DNA of 64,000 nt, taken from assembly GCA_004431415.1 (NCBI GenBank), contig QPMI01000090.1:95560-159559 (forward strand). The letters run 5' to 3'. Source of the stretch: Cyanophora paradoxa CCMP329. Its lineage: Eukaryota > Plantae > Glaucophyta. The notes below the pieces were generated by a model. The model worked only from the letters and a program-made list of their open reading frames with translations. It did no database searches and was not told where the DNA came from. The translations under genes and the position numbers were made by a program. Of this stretch, positions 1-12,272 are shown in pieces; the stretch's first letter is position 1; the number at the start of each line of letters is the position of its first letter.

Positions 1-2556
1 TTTCAAAACATTGAGAGTACCGGCAAGAACATCAAAGAGGGACGCAACCGAGCCCCAACACGACGGTGATGGGGTACACGCAGTGACATTTCGGGGGCAT
101 GTAATAGTAGCTCGTGCTGGCAACGATGCACAAGATGGCTCCCAGGCCGTACCCGGCCTTCAGTCCCAGCCCGCGGTTAATGTACGGGAACCAGAAAGAT
201 CCTGATCATGAGGATATCGAATTCGGGAAGCGTCAGAAATTTTGCGAAATAATGCAATGCGTTTTTGGAGTCAATCTGGCGCACCGCACAATGATGCAAT
301 TTGAAGGAGCAGAGGTACAGTGGCCAGCTCCTCATTGTGACGCTTTAGCATGGTGATCTGGGATCGACAGCGGGTACGCATTCATGATCAGAGCAATTGT
401 GACACATGTACACATGACGAATTGTTTACGGGAACTGCGCACAAGAAAGAACGGCATGAAGCACTGCGTAAGAACGACCACCAGCCGCGCACACATGAAA
501 ATAAAACCTGTCGCGCGCACGTGCAAGCGTGACCGTAAGTAAGTAAGTATCATAATTATTGCAAATTAGAGTCCAGTGAACTCGAATCCGAAGCATGTAA
601 TTATAAGGATGCACTGCGGCATATGTCTGCAGAGCACCTACGCAATAAAATCGGCTGACGCGGAACCAGGCGGTCCAGTGCACGCGGAAGGCGTCGGAGT
701 GGGCGACACTGCTCGAGCGGCTCGGGCGCTCGTCGCGATCGGACACGGGGAGCGTGAGAAGGAGCGGAGCCGCCCGGCCGCGGCCCTGCCGCTCCACGTC
801 CGTCTCCTTTGTGAGGTCGTTGTGCCTCCTGAGGTGGGCCAGCGACGGCGTCTTCTTGCGCCAGACGCTGTGCAGCGAGACGAGGCAGGCGACCACGCCG
901 ACCGCCCCAATCGCCACCGCCGCCCATGCCGTGGTCTCCAGCTGCTGCGCCCGGGATCCCTGCGCATGCAAAGAGAATTCAGTTGAATGCAAACGCTAAC
1001 AGCAAATGTTCAACTATTTAGAATTAAATACGTCTGACCGGGAGATAGCGGAAGGAGAGCCATGCAAGGGCGAAGACAGCGATGTTGGACGCCACAGTAA
1101 ACGCGAATCGCATGGAGTTGAGGCGCAGTCGGACGAAGTCATCAGAAGAAAGCTCTGGAACCAATGCCTGCGAAAATCAAGAGATTAATTCAGAAGATCT
1201 AGAATGCGGGTTCACGTTTAGAAATTAAAGCTACCATATGAGCCACTTGAACACTTGCCCAGCCGAAGCTGCGCTCTCAAGAGTTGAGCATACGGCGCTA
1301 GCGTCGGCGGGTATAGATATAGGGGGGCGCAATATATCAAGAACAACAAGAGGCAGCGCACTTGAAAATGGCGGCGAGGAAGGAGAAGTAGGCGACCTCG
1401 AGCAGGGGGCGGGAGCCCGGGGGCACGCCGGGCATGGGCGAGAAGATGAAGACGAAGGAGAGCCCGACCGTGAGGGAGCCGCCCACGATGAAGGGGAACC
1501 TGAATTCGAACCACGCTCTTTAATTTCAAAGACGAGCTGGCCCACGGCAAGGGACGATCTCGGGGCGAAGCAAATAAAAGGACACAGCGTTGGAAACCCC
1601 CGTCCTTTGAAAAACGAGCTCAAGCTGTGACAAAGTCAAAGAACGAACCGCTTCCCGAACCTGTTCATGAAATACGCTTGTTCAAAATCGAGTATGCTTA
1701 AGCTTATTATACGGAATGCGACTATTGATTTCGATCATGAATCAAAGTTCACCTTGACTTGGAGCTGTCGGAAAGGATGCCGGCGAATGGGGTAAAAAAT
1801 CCGTCGGCAATCTATCGATAATCCAATGATGGAAAATCGATCAATACATATATTTATAAACATGTACACATCCAGCTTCATGATATTCGATCGGCCTGGC
1901 ATGCGCATGACAGGATCGTGTGACGGACCTGGCCGCTGAGGATCACAGTGGCGGCCCCGCTTGCCGTCATCCCTCGCTCCTATAATTGATGCATATGTTA
2001 CGAATGAATTTAATGCAGGCAACTAATATAAGCACGGACGCGGGCCGGCGCCGCGCGGGCCGACCTGCAGGCTGAAGATGAGGAATGCGAACCAGAGCGA
2101 CGCCGTCATGTCGTTCAGAATTGTGCCTGCGCTCTCGTGGTCAGATCTCGACGTCGATCATGACGACATGCATGAGCTTTCAACTTCGATCTAATCAACC
2201 GAGCAGCTCTAGATCTCATTTCCAATCAAATACTATGAATTGACCCAGTACGTGCACGACGACAAACCTGCTGCGTATCCGATGATCCTCGGGAGCGAGA
2301 AGTGGCCTCCGCGGCCGTGATCGTCATCGCGCGTGGCAGGCTTCGGGTGCGGCCTCAGAAGTGGGCTCTTCTCTGTTGCTGCAAAATCTGTAGTGATGGG
2401 TAGCTGCACGTTCTCTCTGCTCGGGCACGATATTGACACGAAGGGCGCGCCCTGCGTGTTCATGCTGGCTTTGGGATCTCTGGAGGTGTATCCATTCTCG
2501 CCGCTCCCTGCATGTACAGCTACCCGCGGCCGGGTCTCAATCGTCTTGTTTGTCAT
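1..2556 (-). CDS. MFSD12: MFSD12-like major facilitator superfamily transporter (multi-exon; 3' end runs off the window start)
   Basis: Spliced exons read ...IIGYAAG|TILNDMTASLWFAFLIFSLQ|ERGMTASGAATVILSGQ|IADGFFTPFAGILSDSSKSR|FGKR|FPFIVGGSL...YFSFLAAIFN|FGWASVQVAHM|ALVPELSSDDFVRLRLNSMRFAFTVASNIAVF...WTAWFRVSRFY...MCARLVVVLTQCFMPFFL. These match MFSD12 motifs (LNDxxASxWF, GQxADG, GWAxxQxxHxxLxPEL, RxAFTVxxN). There is an N-terminal EKSPLL dileucine motif. Confidence 0.9.
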
Positions 2557-4531
2557 CCCCGCACACTGAAGCTTGGGCTTGAGAAGCTTAAAGCTTGCAA
2601 CACTCGCTCGATGACGAGCTGGAAACTCACTCTTCAGCGATCGGCCGCGGATCCGGATGGCTAGACTCTGCTGAGAGACGTATACGTATATGTGCGCATG
2701 CGCGCAGCGATCCGACCGCTCAGCTGTCGACCGTCGGACGTACGCGTTTGCCGGCGCCTGCAGCTGTCCGCTCTGCAGCTCTAGCTAGATCGATGGCTAG
2801 TATACTTGCGATTGTCTAGACTCTAGTAGACCTAGCGCTAGCCCGGGCGGCGGCGAACGGGCCTAGACTCTGAGAGCTGCCGCGCTCCTCAGGGCCTACC
2901 GTACGTACTACGGTACTACGGTACACGCAGAATAACGCAATGCTGCTGATCATGAGGTGCCTGCCCGGGGCCACATGTACAGTGTGGCCGAGGCTGTAGG
3001 CCTGTGTGGCCCAGAGGCTGTGCCACGGTGCACCGTGGCACGTGCCACGGTGGGCCCAGGCTGTGGGCTTGTGGAGCCGCACTGCCAGGCTGCACAGCTG
3101 GCGCGTCAGAGTCACGGCGTGAGCCTGGCACTGATCGATGAGCGTCGGACCTTCGGTCCTCACTGACTCCTCAGGCCCGCGGCCCGAGGCCTTCAAAGGC
3201 TTCGAATTCGCCGAGAGTCGGCCCAGAGTCGGAGCACTGAGCCGCTGACTCACTGGACTTATCGATCGGATTCGATGAATTTCGATCCTCACGTACGCGT
3301 GCACGACTCGCAGGAGTCGCAGGCTCGCAGCACGCCTGGCACGCGTACGAGGCTGCCGCTGACTCGCATCAATGATGACGGTGATCGCATGCAGCCTGGC
3401 ACTGGCATGGGCTGGCAGCGATCGCGATCGGTACCGGTAACGGTACCGGTCACATCGACGCGGCCGATCATCGGATCGATTTCGCGCGAAGGCGCCGTTA
3501 TTGCATGAAGGCGCGTGACGTCGACGTCACGTGACGCTTTTTTTTAGTCGTGTTTTCTTTCTTGCGAATTGCCGAAGTTGCCAACTTGGCAAGTTGTGAA
3601 GTTGCAACTTGGCAAGTGTGCTGTACATGTAGCCTAGCGGCGCTAACGCTAGCAGCGCTAGCGCCGCGGCGCCGGTGCGGCCGCCGGGCGCCGGCAGCGC
3701 GCGGGCGCCGGCCGCGCGGCCTGACTCACTGAGTCAGTGATGCGCTGCATCATGCGCATATGCATGCAGGATATAACCTGCAGCTATCCTGCGCATGCCG
3801 GCGCCGCGCTGAGCCTGCAGGCTGCAGCCTCTGATGCGCATCTGCGGGGATCATAATTAAGTGCTGATCACTCGGATCATGATTCACGCAGCGCATGGCA
3901 AGTTGGCACCGCACGGGCATCATGCGGCGCATGCGCATATGCATACCGGGTACCAGCTGCAGCTGCAGGCGCCCGGCTTTTGGTAGCCGTCGTTGGCCGT
4001 GCCGGCCCTAGCTATCGACGGACCCGAGGTCTATATATATAGGCTCTAGCATAAGTTTGGCTACGGCAATTAATTAAAATTAGCTTTGAATTCAGTGCTA
4101 GTTTCACGATGATCAATTCATTGATTTTAACAAGCTCGAGTCAGCTTCAGTACCGATACTATACTGATGGTCGACGTCGATGTCCTGATCATGACCCGAT
4201 ATCGATGACCGAGCGATACTTCCGATTTCAAAGAAAGAAATTAAATGGATCGAACTCGATCTACAGAGATCTTAGCTTTGTACAGGTCCAGGTTAGAATG
4301 CGAAAAAGAATGCGACGGCCCTTGAATCCTGGACACGCGTACGTTGGGCCTCCTAAAATAGTACGAGTAAAAATGTGTACAGCTCTAGACATACCTCGAA
4401 CAGAATCGATGTGCGATTCAGCGCACAGGATCATGATTTGCACTATCCTAGGAATGAACGGGCTAGCTATAGGCGAAAAAGCGAGTGCTACATGTAGACA
4501 ACTACCGATTGTCGGAGTTCAGAGAAGACAG

Positions 4532-7500
4532 CTACATCTGGGTCCCCAAGAACGCTGCTCGCGATCGGAGAAGCGACGGTGAGGGGCGAGAACGGTGGCG
4601 GCGGGGGCGGGAGAAGGGATGCGGGGGCACCGTAGTAGCAGATGGGGACGGCGAGGACCTGCGCCCTCGTCGTCAGCCGAGCGTCCGGCGGGTCGCGATC
4701 GACGGCGCGCAGCGGTCGAGCACCATGCAGATGCACTGCAGGGGGAAGCCGAACTTGGTGTAGTCGAGGAAGCGGTAGCCGCCGGGCTTCTGCACCATCA
4801 GGTTCGTCTGCGGGGCGGGGCGCGTCAGCTGCCGGCAGGGCGGGGCTGGAGCTCGAGGGCGCGGGGGCGGGCCTGGTAGCCGATGGGGGTGGAGAAGTCG
4901 TGGGAGCCGGCGAGCATGAGGACGTAGACGATGGTCTTGAGGGCGACCTTCCCCTTGAGGATGTTGTACACGATCGGGAAGATGAGCGCCACGCACGCCT
5001 GGCCCGGCCCCGCGCACGCGCGTCAGGCGGGCGGCCCGGCCAGACGAGGGCGGGGGCGGCGGGGGCGGCGGGGCGGACGGCGTTGGTGATGACGGCGTTG
5101 AGGAGGACGGAGGCGATGTAGACGCCGAAGAGGAGGCCCAGCTCGGAGCCCTGCGCCCCGCCCCGGCCCCCGAGCCTCAGCTCGAGCCGGCGCGCCCCGG
5201 CGCGGGCGGGCGCGCCTTGAAGATGTCAACGACCGAGTCGGCGAAGGTGCGGGCGAGGAGGGAGCGCTCGAGGGCCGTCCCCACCCCGAACGCGCACGCT
5301 GCGCACGCGAGCGCGCCGCCGCGTCAGACGGGGCCCTCGCCCCGATCCCGCGGGGCGCGGGGCGGGGCGGCACCGATGCAGAGGAGGACGTCGGCGTTGA
5401 TGTAGGAGAGGGCGCGCCGCGGCCGCACGACCTGCGCGGGGCGGGCGGGAGGTCAGCGCCAGGGCAGGGGCGGGGGCAGGGGCAGGGGCGGGGGCGGGGG
5501 CGGGGGCGGGGGCGGGGGCGGGGGCGCCTTGAAGGCCATCATGAGGAAGGCGGCGACGAGGACGGTGTGCGTCAGCGACGGCTTGTTCTGCGCCCCCCGC
5601 ACCCGTCAGGCGCGAGGCCCCGCGGACGCAAGGGGGCGGCGGGGCGCGCCTGGGCGGCGGTGGCGGTCCAGGCCTGGTACCAGAGGGCCGAGACCTCGTC
5701 CGAGACGGAGGGGAAGACGCTGCGCGCGGGGCCGCCGCGTCACCCGCCGAGGCCGCGCGGGGCGGGGGCGCGCGGGGGCGGCGTGCGGACATCATGCCGA
5801 TGGTGAGGAAGGCGGCGGCGGCCATCTTGAAGAAGGACGGGCGGTTGACGAAGCGCGCCGCGTCGTCCAGCTCCGTCACCTGGCCCCGGCTCAGCGAGGG
5901 GCGGCGCGGCGCCGGGCGGTCGGGGGCAGCGCACGACAGAGAACTCGGGGCGGTGGCGCTGCGCGTCGACGACGGCCGGCGGGCAGGCGACGAGCAGCCC
6001 GTCCCCGCCGAGGAGCGGCGTATCCGCCACGGGCGTCGTGATCACCTGCTCCAGCCGCTGGATGCCCAGCACCAGGGCCCCCACCTGGCCGCCGCAGCCC
6101 GTCAGCCCGTGCCGCGCTCGGCGCTGGCGCGGAGCGGAGGGGAAGGCACCTCGGTACAAAGGCGGAGCTCGCGGGGGGTCTTGCCGGCGTACGGCGAGTT
6201 GGAGGCGACGGAGAAGTCCTGGGCGGGGGTGAGGCGGGGGCGCAAAGGGGCGCGCGCGGGAGCGAAGGGGCGCACGGCGAGGGTGAGGCCCTCGCTGCCC
6301 TTCTGCTTCAGCACGGTCTCCTCGAAGCGCGTGAGCTGCATTCGCCTCGATCAGCGCGCGCAAGCCCGCCTCTCCACCGAAGCAAACGCGCTCGCACCCG
6401 CTCGCGGGCGACGGAGAGGCCGTCGGCCTTCATGAGCTCCTTGATGGCGTACTCGGGGCCCCTGCAGGAAACGGCGCGTCAGGGCGATGCGCCTCGACCC
6501 GACGCAGAGCGAGGCGGGCGGCGCACGTGTACTGGATCACGTCGCCGAGGGCGACGGTGGCGGCGCTGACGTCGAAGTCGCGCGCCGCGAAGGTGCGCCC
6601 GTCGCGCGCTGCCGGCGCGGCGGCGTGAGGCGACCGACGTGGACGGCGCGCGGGCGCGGCCGAGGCGGCTCCGGGCCACTCACAGATCCAGAGGATGGAC
6701 GTGGCGGTCACGCTCTCGAGCCCGGACTCCTTGTACGACTTGCCGACGATCTTGGACCGCTTCGTGACCTGGCAGCGCGGCTTGCACTTAGACGAACCAT
6801 CGAGAGCTGCGACGCGAGCAAGAAGGCGCTGACCTGCATGGTGACCTGGTACTTGCGGGTGCTCTTCTCCGCTTCAGCGTCCGCCACCGACTTCCTGCGT
6901 CCGAGGGCCGGTCGGCGGGCTGGCGCGCGTGCGCGTGCGCTCTCTTGGGCGGTGGAGGGGAGGGAGGGGGGACCTGTTGGGGAGGATGACGGGCCCGAGG
7001 GCGACGAGGTAGATGAGGCCGGCGATGGCGCAGGGGAGGCCGGCGATGCCGATCTCGAAGAGGTTGCCGAGGTTGAGCTTCGGCTCGCGCGCCTTGGCCA
7101 GGTTGTACGCGATCAGGTTGATCGACGTCCCGATGTACGAGCACGAGCCGCCCAGGATCGTCGCGAACTGCCGCCGCGCGAGCGGACTCAGCTGGAGAAC
7201 GATGCCCATGGAGGCGCGAGGGGACTCGGGGGAGGGGCGCTCGCAGCGGCGCACGCTCATCGGCATCTGCAGGTACGACGGCGCAATCCCCGTCCGCTTG
7301 GAGTACCTGCCGAGGGGGGGGGAATCCTCAGAATGCACGCAAATATTCTGAAACTGTCTTGAGCGCACGATGAGATGATGGGGATCATCATGGCCACGAT
7401 CGGCGTGTTGTTCTGGCACACGGGGCGGCGCCGTGAGCGCGCGCGAGCAAAGCCAACGGGGCGAGCGCTGGAGAGGCGGCTGGGCGCACGAGGAAGGTGC

Positions 7501-8982
7501 TGAGGAAGATGCAGGCGAGGCCGATGCGCAGGATCGCTATCCGCTTCGACTTGGGGTTCCCGAGCACCCTGCAGACACGGCGAAGTTATATTGAAATTGA
7601 GGCGAATTCAATGAAATTAGGGCTTCGCGCGCGAATGAATTATTCAATCTGTGCTTCCGGAGTTCGGGCGCGGGGGCGCACCGGCGGAGGGCGTAGTCGA
7701 GGGCGCCGGTCTCCTCGATGCCGGCGGCGATGACGAAGAGCACGCCGACCTGGCGGCGCGCGGCGGGGGCGGGGTCACGGCCCGCGGCGCGCGAGCGTGC
7801 CCCGCGGCGAGGGCGGACCTGGAAGACGCCGGCGTTGGAGAAGCCGGCGAGGGCGTCGGCCTGGGAGATGATGTCTGCGGGGCGCGCTCGGCGTCAGCGG
7901 CACGCAGCCGGCGGGGGCGGCGCGCGGGTCGCCGGCACCGAAGAGGAGGGCGGCGGTGAGGGCGGCGAGGAACGAGAGGCCGGCGGAGAAGTCCTTGACC
8001 AGCGCGAACATCAGCCTGCCGGCCCGGGGCGCGCTCAGCGCCCGCTCGAGGCTCCGACAGGGGTCGGCCGGGCCGGGGGGCCGCGGCCGCACATGCTCAC
8101 CCGTACAGGATGACGAGCATCACGTGGCCCTTCCACTTCAGCTTGTCCTTCCAGACGGTGCTGCGGTGGCGCAGCTCATGGTCAGCAGGAGAACGGCGCA
8201 AGCGCAAGCTTGCGGTGCCGGCGAAAATAGAGCGGGCTGCGCACTTGGCCAGCGTCCCGAAGAAGATGGCGTAGCAAACCGTGGCGATCTGAGATGGGGT
8301 TGTGCGGTGAGATCGGGCTTGAGGCGCGCTGGTCCCGCCTGATCACAGAGGGCCGGGCGCACGATGGCGATCTTGTGCTTCCTGAGGAAGGCGAGGAAGC
8401 CGTCGCGGGTGAAGAAGCGCGCGACGGCGGCCTTCTTCTCCGCGAAGAAGTCGCTCGCCTGCCGCGCCACGTGCCCGCCCTTCGAGGGCCGCTTGTTCAC
8501 CAGGAACTCGCTCTCGAACGAGTTCTCCGAGGCCGGCGGTATGGGAATGCTGCGCGCGGGGCGTGAGCGACAGCTGCAGTTCCGCGTCTACGGTGTACGC
8601 CGCGCCGGCCGTGCACGTGGCGCGCGCACCGCTCCGCGTACGGCCGCTCGGGCGGGGTCAGCTCGCTCTCAAACTCGAATGTCTTGGTCTCTTGGCCGCT
8701 GCTCGTCGCGACGATAGGCGCCGAAGTCCAGCGGGACTGCCAGGAGTCGTGGTCCACTGCCGGTAGCGCTACGTGTGCCCTGCCATTGCCATCAGACGCG
8801 AGCGCACGAAAGCCGAGTGTGTGCACGAGTGCGCACCCTTCCTTCTTCCACTTAGATTCATCGATCACGCTCTGAAGCTCGGCGCGCCGCTGCTGGTCGG
8901 CCTCAAGGTCGAGAACTACTGCGGCCGGGGCCGTCGGCCGCGCGTCGGCGGCGGGCGCGCCGCTTGTCGATGCTGGAGCCAT
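4532..8982 (-). CDS. SLC13-family permease with TrkA-C domains (SAC1/SLT-like putative Na+/sulfate cotransporter), many exons
   Basis: Motifs include LFVIAAGIEETGAL, FATILGGSCSYIGTSINL, a TrkA-C-like segment VASNSPYAGKT...LVLGIQR...LLGGDGLLV, ITNAACVALIFPI and [33 protein letters not shown]. ATG at 8982 (MAPAST...); stop after ...YYAFLGTQM. Confidence 0.88.
5461..5526. repeat. Intronic hexamer tandem repeat (GGGGCR)n
   Basis: ggggca/ggggcg units inside an SLC13 intron. Confidence 0.85.
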
Positions 8983-9544
8983 TGTGTTTGACAAACGACC
9001 CGCGGACCGCGGGCGCTGGCGATACTTAACGTGTTCGGCGCACGCCGCGCTCCACTCAAGCTTTGATATCTATAGCTAGATACGACGATCAGCAAAGATC
9101 GGGCGCGGCGGTTGATACTGCGATCACAACCGCGGGCGGGGGTGGCCATGGCTCCGAGGCTCGTGCGTTTCCGGTTCTCGCGTTTCGCAGATGCCCGTAC
9201 CCCCGGTTTCATGCGCTTTGACCGCAAGCGGTACAGGCCCCCGGGCCCACTGGGGCCACCCCGCTCACCCGCGCGCCGGCCGCGGAACCCTCAGCTGGGC
9301 CTCAGGCTCCCGGCCGCTGGCGCTCCCCGCAGTACTAGTGGGCCCCAACAGTGGCCCTGGCCCATGGTCACCGTGTGTGACTGTCAGCTGCAGTGTCTCA
9401 GTGTGTCTGCCACTGGGCCCCAGCGCTAGCTGCAGCACCAGCGCTATCATATCACTGGCTAGAGCTCCCTCAATATATGCATGATCGTGCACGCGCTCTT
9501 GATTTCACCGCCGTTTCGAATTCCGATCCTAGGTTCGTAGTTGG

Positions 9545-11696
9545 CTAGGGGAGAAGCAGGTGGGCGGGCCTGTGCGTCTGGAGCCACTCGTCCCCGTTGG
9601 CGTGCGGGTTCCAGACGCTCTGCAGGCTCCCAGGTGGGCCGGCGCCGGCGGGGCGGGGCGGGGCGGGGCGGGGCGGGCGGGGCGGGGCGGGGCGGGGCGG
9701 CGGCTGGGGCGGGGCGGACCTTGAGGGAGGAGCGCTCGACGCCGCGGCCGAGCAGGAAGTCCTCCACCTGCGGGGGGCCTCGCCGGCGCGCGCCGGGGCA
9801 GGAAGGGAGGGAGGGGCGGGAGGGCGGGAGGGCTCCGCGCCTTCTGGTGCCCTTCGAAGAGCGCCTTGTCGAAGCTGCGGCGGTGCGCATGCGGCGTCGG
9901 GCGGCGCGCGCGGTGGGGGGGGGGGGGGGGGGGGGGAAGGGGCGGGGCGGGGGCACCGCTGGCGCCAGTCGTAGTCGATCTTGTAGCGCGAGAGGCCGAA
10001 CTTCGAGATAAGCTTGCCCTCCTTGTCCGTCTGCGCCGGCGGTTCGCCAGGGGAGCAGAGGCGAGGCAAGCGCGCGGCGCCAAGGGAGCGCCTGGCGGCG
10101 TCCGCTGCCTTGCGCCCCCGCGGGGGCCCGCACCTTGTGGGACATGTTCTCGAACTCGACCCTCTCGAGGAAGAAGGAGCTCGAGACCTTGTCGTAAACC
10201 TGCGGGGTACAGCCGCCGCGTGTGAGTGGCCGGGGGGGGGGGGAAGTGTGTGTGTGTGGGAAGCGGGGCCGGGGGGGACGCAAGGCGCGCCTGCGCGAGC
10301 CAGGGATCCTGTCCCCAGTTCTGGAACGTGTTGTCGAAGAAGAGGCGACCTGGCGGGGTACCCCTCAGGTTGGATGGGGGGGAATAAGGCGGGGCCGGGC
10401 CGGGGTACCGAAAATCTGGAGGTGGACGCGGTGGACGAAGCAGACGACGAAGAAGCGCTCGAGCTCCTCGTAGTGGTACCTGTACCCCCATCGGGCAGCG
10501 CCCCGGGAGCGCGAGGGGTACAGACTCACTTGTCGTTCATACCGACGACGCCTGCGCGCGAGGAATTAAGCGATGAGGTACGGGCCTCGTGGGGAGGGGT
10601 ACGAGCGCGCCGAAGTTGGGGTACACGGGGTTGAGGAGGATGGTGTCACGGAGGAGAGCGGGCCAGCCTGCCGGGGCGGGCGGCGGCGGTTCGAGCCGGA
10701 ACGGGGGGCAGGGGGGACGGCGGCGGGGGTACCGGGTGTGAGGAACTTGGCGTCGTCGTTGACGGAGAAGAAGTACTCGCAGCCGGCCTGGCGCCGTGTG
10801 AAGCGTGGGGCCGGGGGCAGCGCGCAGGCGGGGGCTTCCTGGCGCACCTCGTAGGCGCTGCGGAACATGAGGTTGTAGATTGCCGTCAGGTTCCCCGGCG
10901 CGTTGTTCCGGAAACGGTACATCTGCGGAAGCGTCAGCGGCGGGGCCGGGGGCGGGGGCGGCCGCGGGGCCGGCGCGCCTCGAAGAGGATGGCGCGGCCG
11001 GCGATCTGGTCCTCGACGATGGCGCGCAGGTGGCCCCGCTGCTCGACGTCGTCGTACACCGCGTCCCCTGCGCGCCGCCGGCTCGGCGGCGGGCGCCGCG
11101 GCCGCGCGGCGCGGGAGGGGGCGCGCGCCCTCGTCGTATCCGAGCTGGACGATGTAGAAGAAGCCGTCGTCGTCGGACGTCGTCTCCAGCAGCGAGGGCA
11201 GCAGGTAATGCACGACCTGCAGCTCCGTTGCCGTCCTGATCTCCGTCTTGGCCGTCGTGCTCGGCACTGCGGGGCCCGCTGCGGATCAAATCGCGCCGGG
11301 AGCGGTCTGGACGGAAAGGCACGCACGCCCCAGCGCGATGCACGTTCTCCCAGGCTCCTGCTTGTACGAAGAGGGACGGCTGATCAAGCCGTCGCCCTTG
11401 CCTCCCTGTGTGTCGACGTCGATGACATCTGCTGTCCCGCGCGCGGGGCCGAGCGTCTCCCGAGCCGTGCTCGCGGACTGCTCTATGACCTCAGGAACGC
11501 TGATTACTGGCTCTTGCTCCTGCTGGGGCTCCACGGGTGCCGCATCGTCCGCGGCGAACAGAAACTGCGCAGAGGCGACGTAGAGGCCGAACAGCAGCAA
11601 TGCCGAGATGCATCCACGCAATATGGTTCCTTTCCGCTTGCGGAAGAGCGCGCGCAAGCGCCTCACGGCGGTGCGGACGCGCTTTATGGTGCTCAT
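9545..11696 (-). CDS. Type II membrane GT-A-fold glycosyltransferase (family uncertain)
   Basis: Basic N-terminus, one TM helix (ILRGCISALLLFGLYVASAQFLF) and a stem, then CIALAVPST...LLPSLLET...QLGYDEGD...YNLMFRSAYEAGCEYFFSVNDDAKFLTPGW (DxD-like NDD), FVHRVHLQIFG and FQNWGQDPWLAQVY. Confidence 0.75.
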
Positions 11697-12272
11697 CCCC
11701 CCCGAGGCTGCCAGCGGCACCGCCGACCAGCGCTATCGCGGTTGCAGGTCAAGCGTCTCTCGTGTTAGCTGGAGCGGGAGCTAGAGCTGCAGAAAGTTGG
11801 CTGGTTCACAAGGGGGTACGCGGTCGCGGTCGCGGTGCCGCCGCGACGTCGACCGCAAAAAACAGCGAGCGCTAGCGCTACCGCCGCTATAGCTGCGCGA
11901 GCTCGGTCGATATCAGCTGCCGCAGTCGTTGCCTGCGAGCTCGATCGACATCAGCTGTATGCGTACGCGTCGACGTCGCAGTCGCCGGCGCGCGCGACGT
12001 CGACGTCGACCGATCCCCGCGCGCGCCGGCCCGCGGCGCACCCGTGCACCGTAGCATGCGCATGCGCTAGCTATAGCGCCAAGATCGATATCGATACCTA
12101 GATCTCCCCTCGTGCGACTCGGCGAGGGATTAATATTCGCCTTCGATCATGATCATTTGCACGATTTTCGAAAGTTCCCTCGAGCGCGTCTCTCATAATT
12201 AACCTTCTTCGCCTCTCGGAGCTCTAGATCTCGTCGAGGAGAGCGGCTGCATATACACGTAACTGGAGCGCG

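Noticed and set aside
3575-3620. Repeated AAGTTGC(C)AACTTGGCAAG as an RFX X-box or transposon terminus
   Set aside because: It matches the X-box spacing poorly, has no partner terminal repeat, target-site duplication or transposase, and lies within a generally palindrome-rich island.
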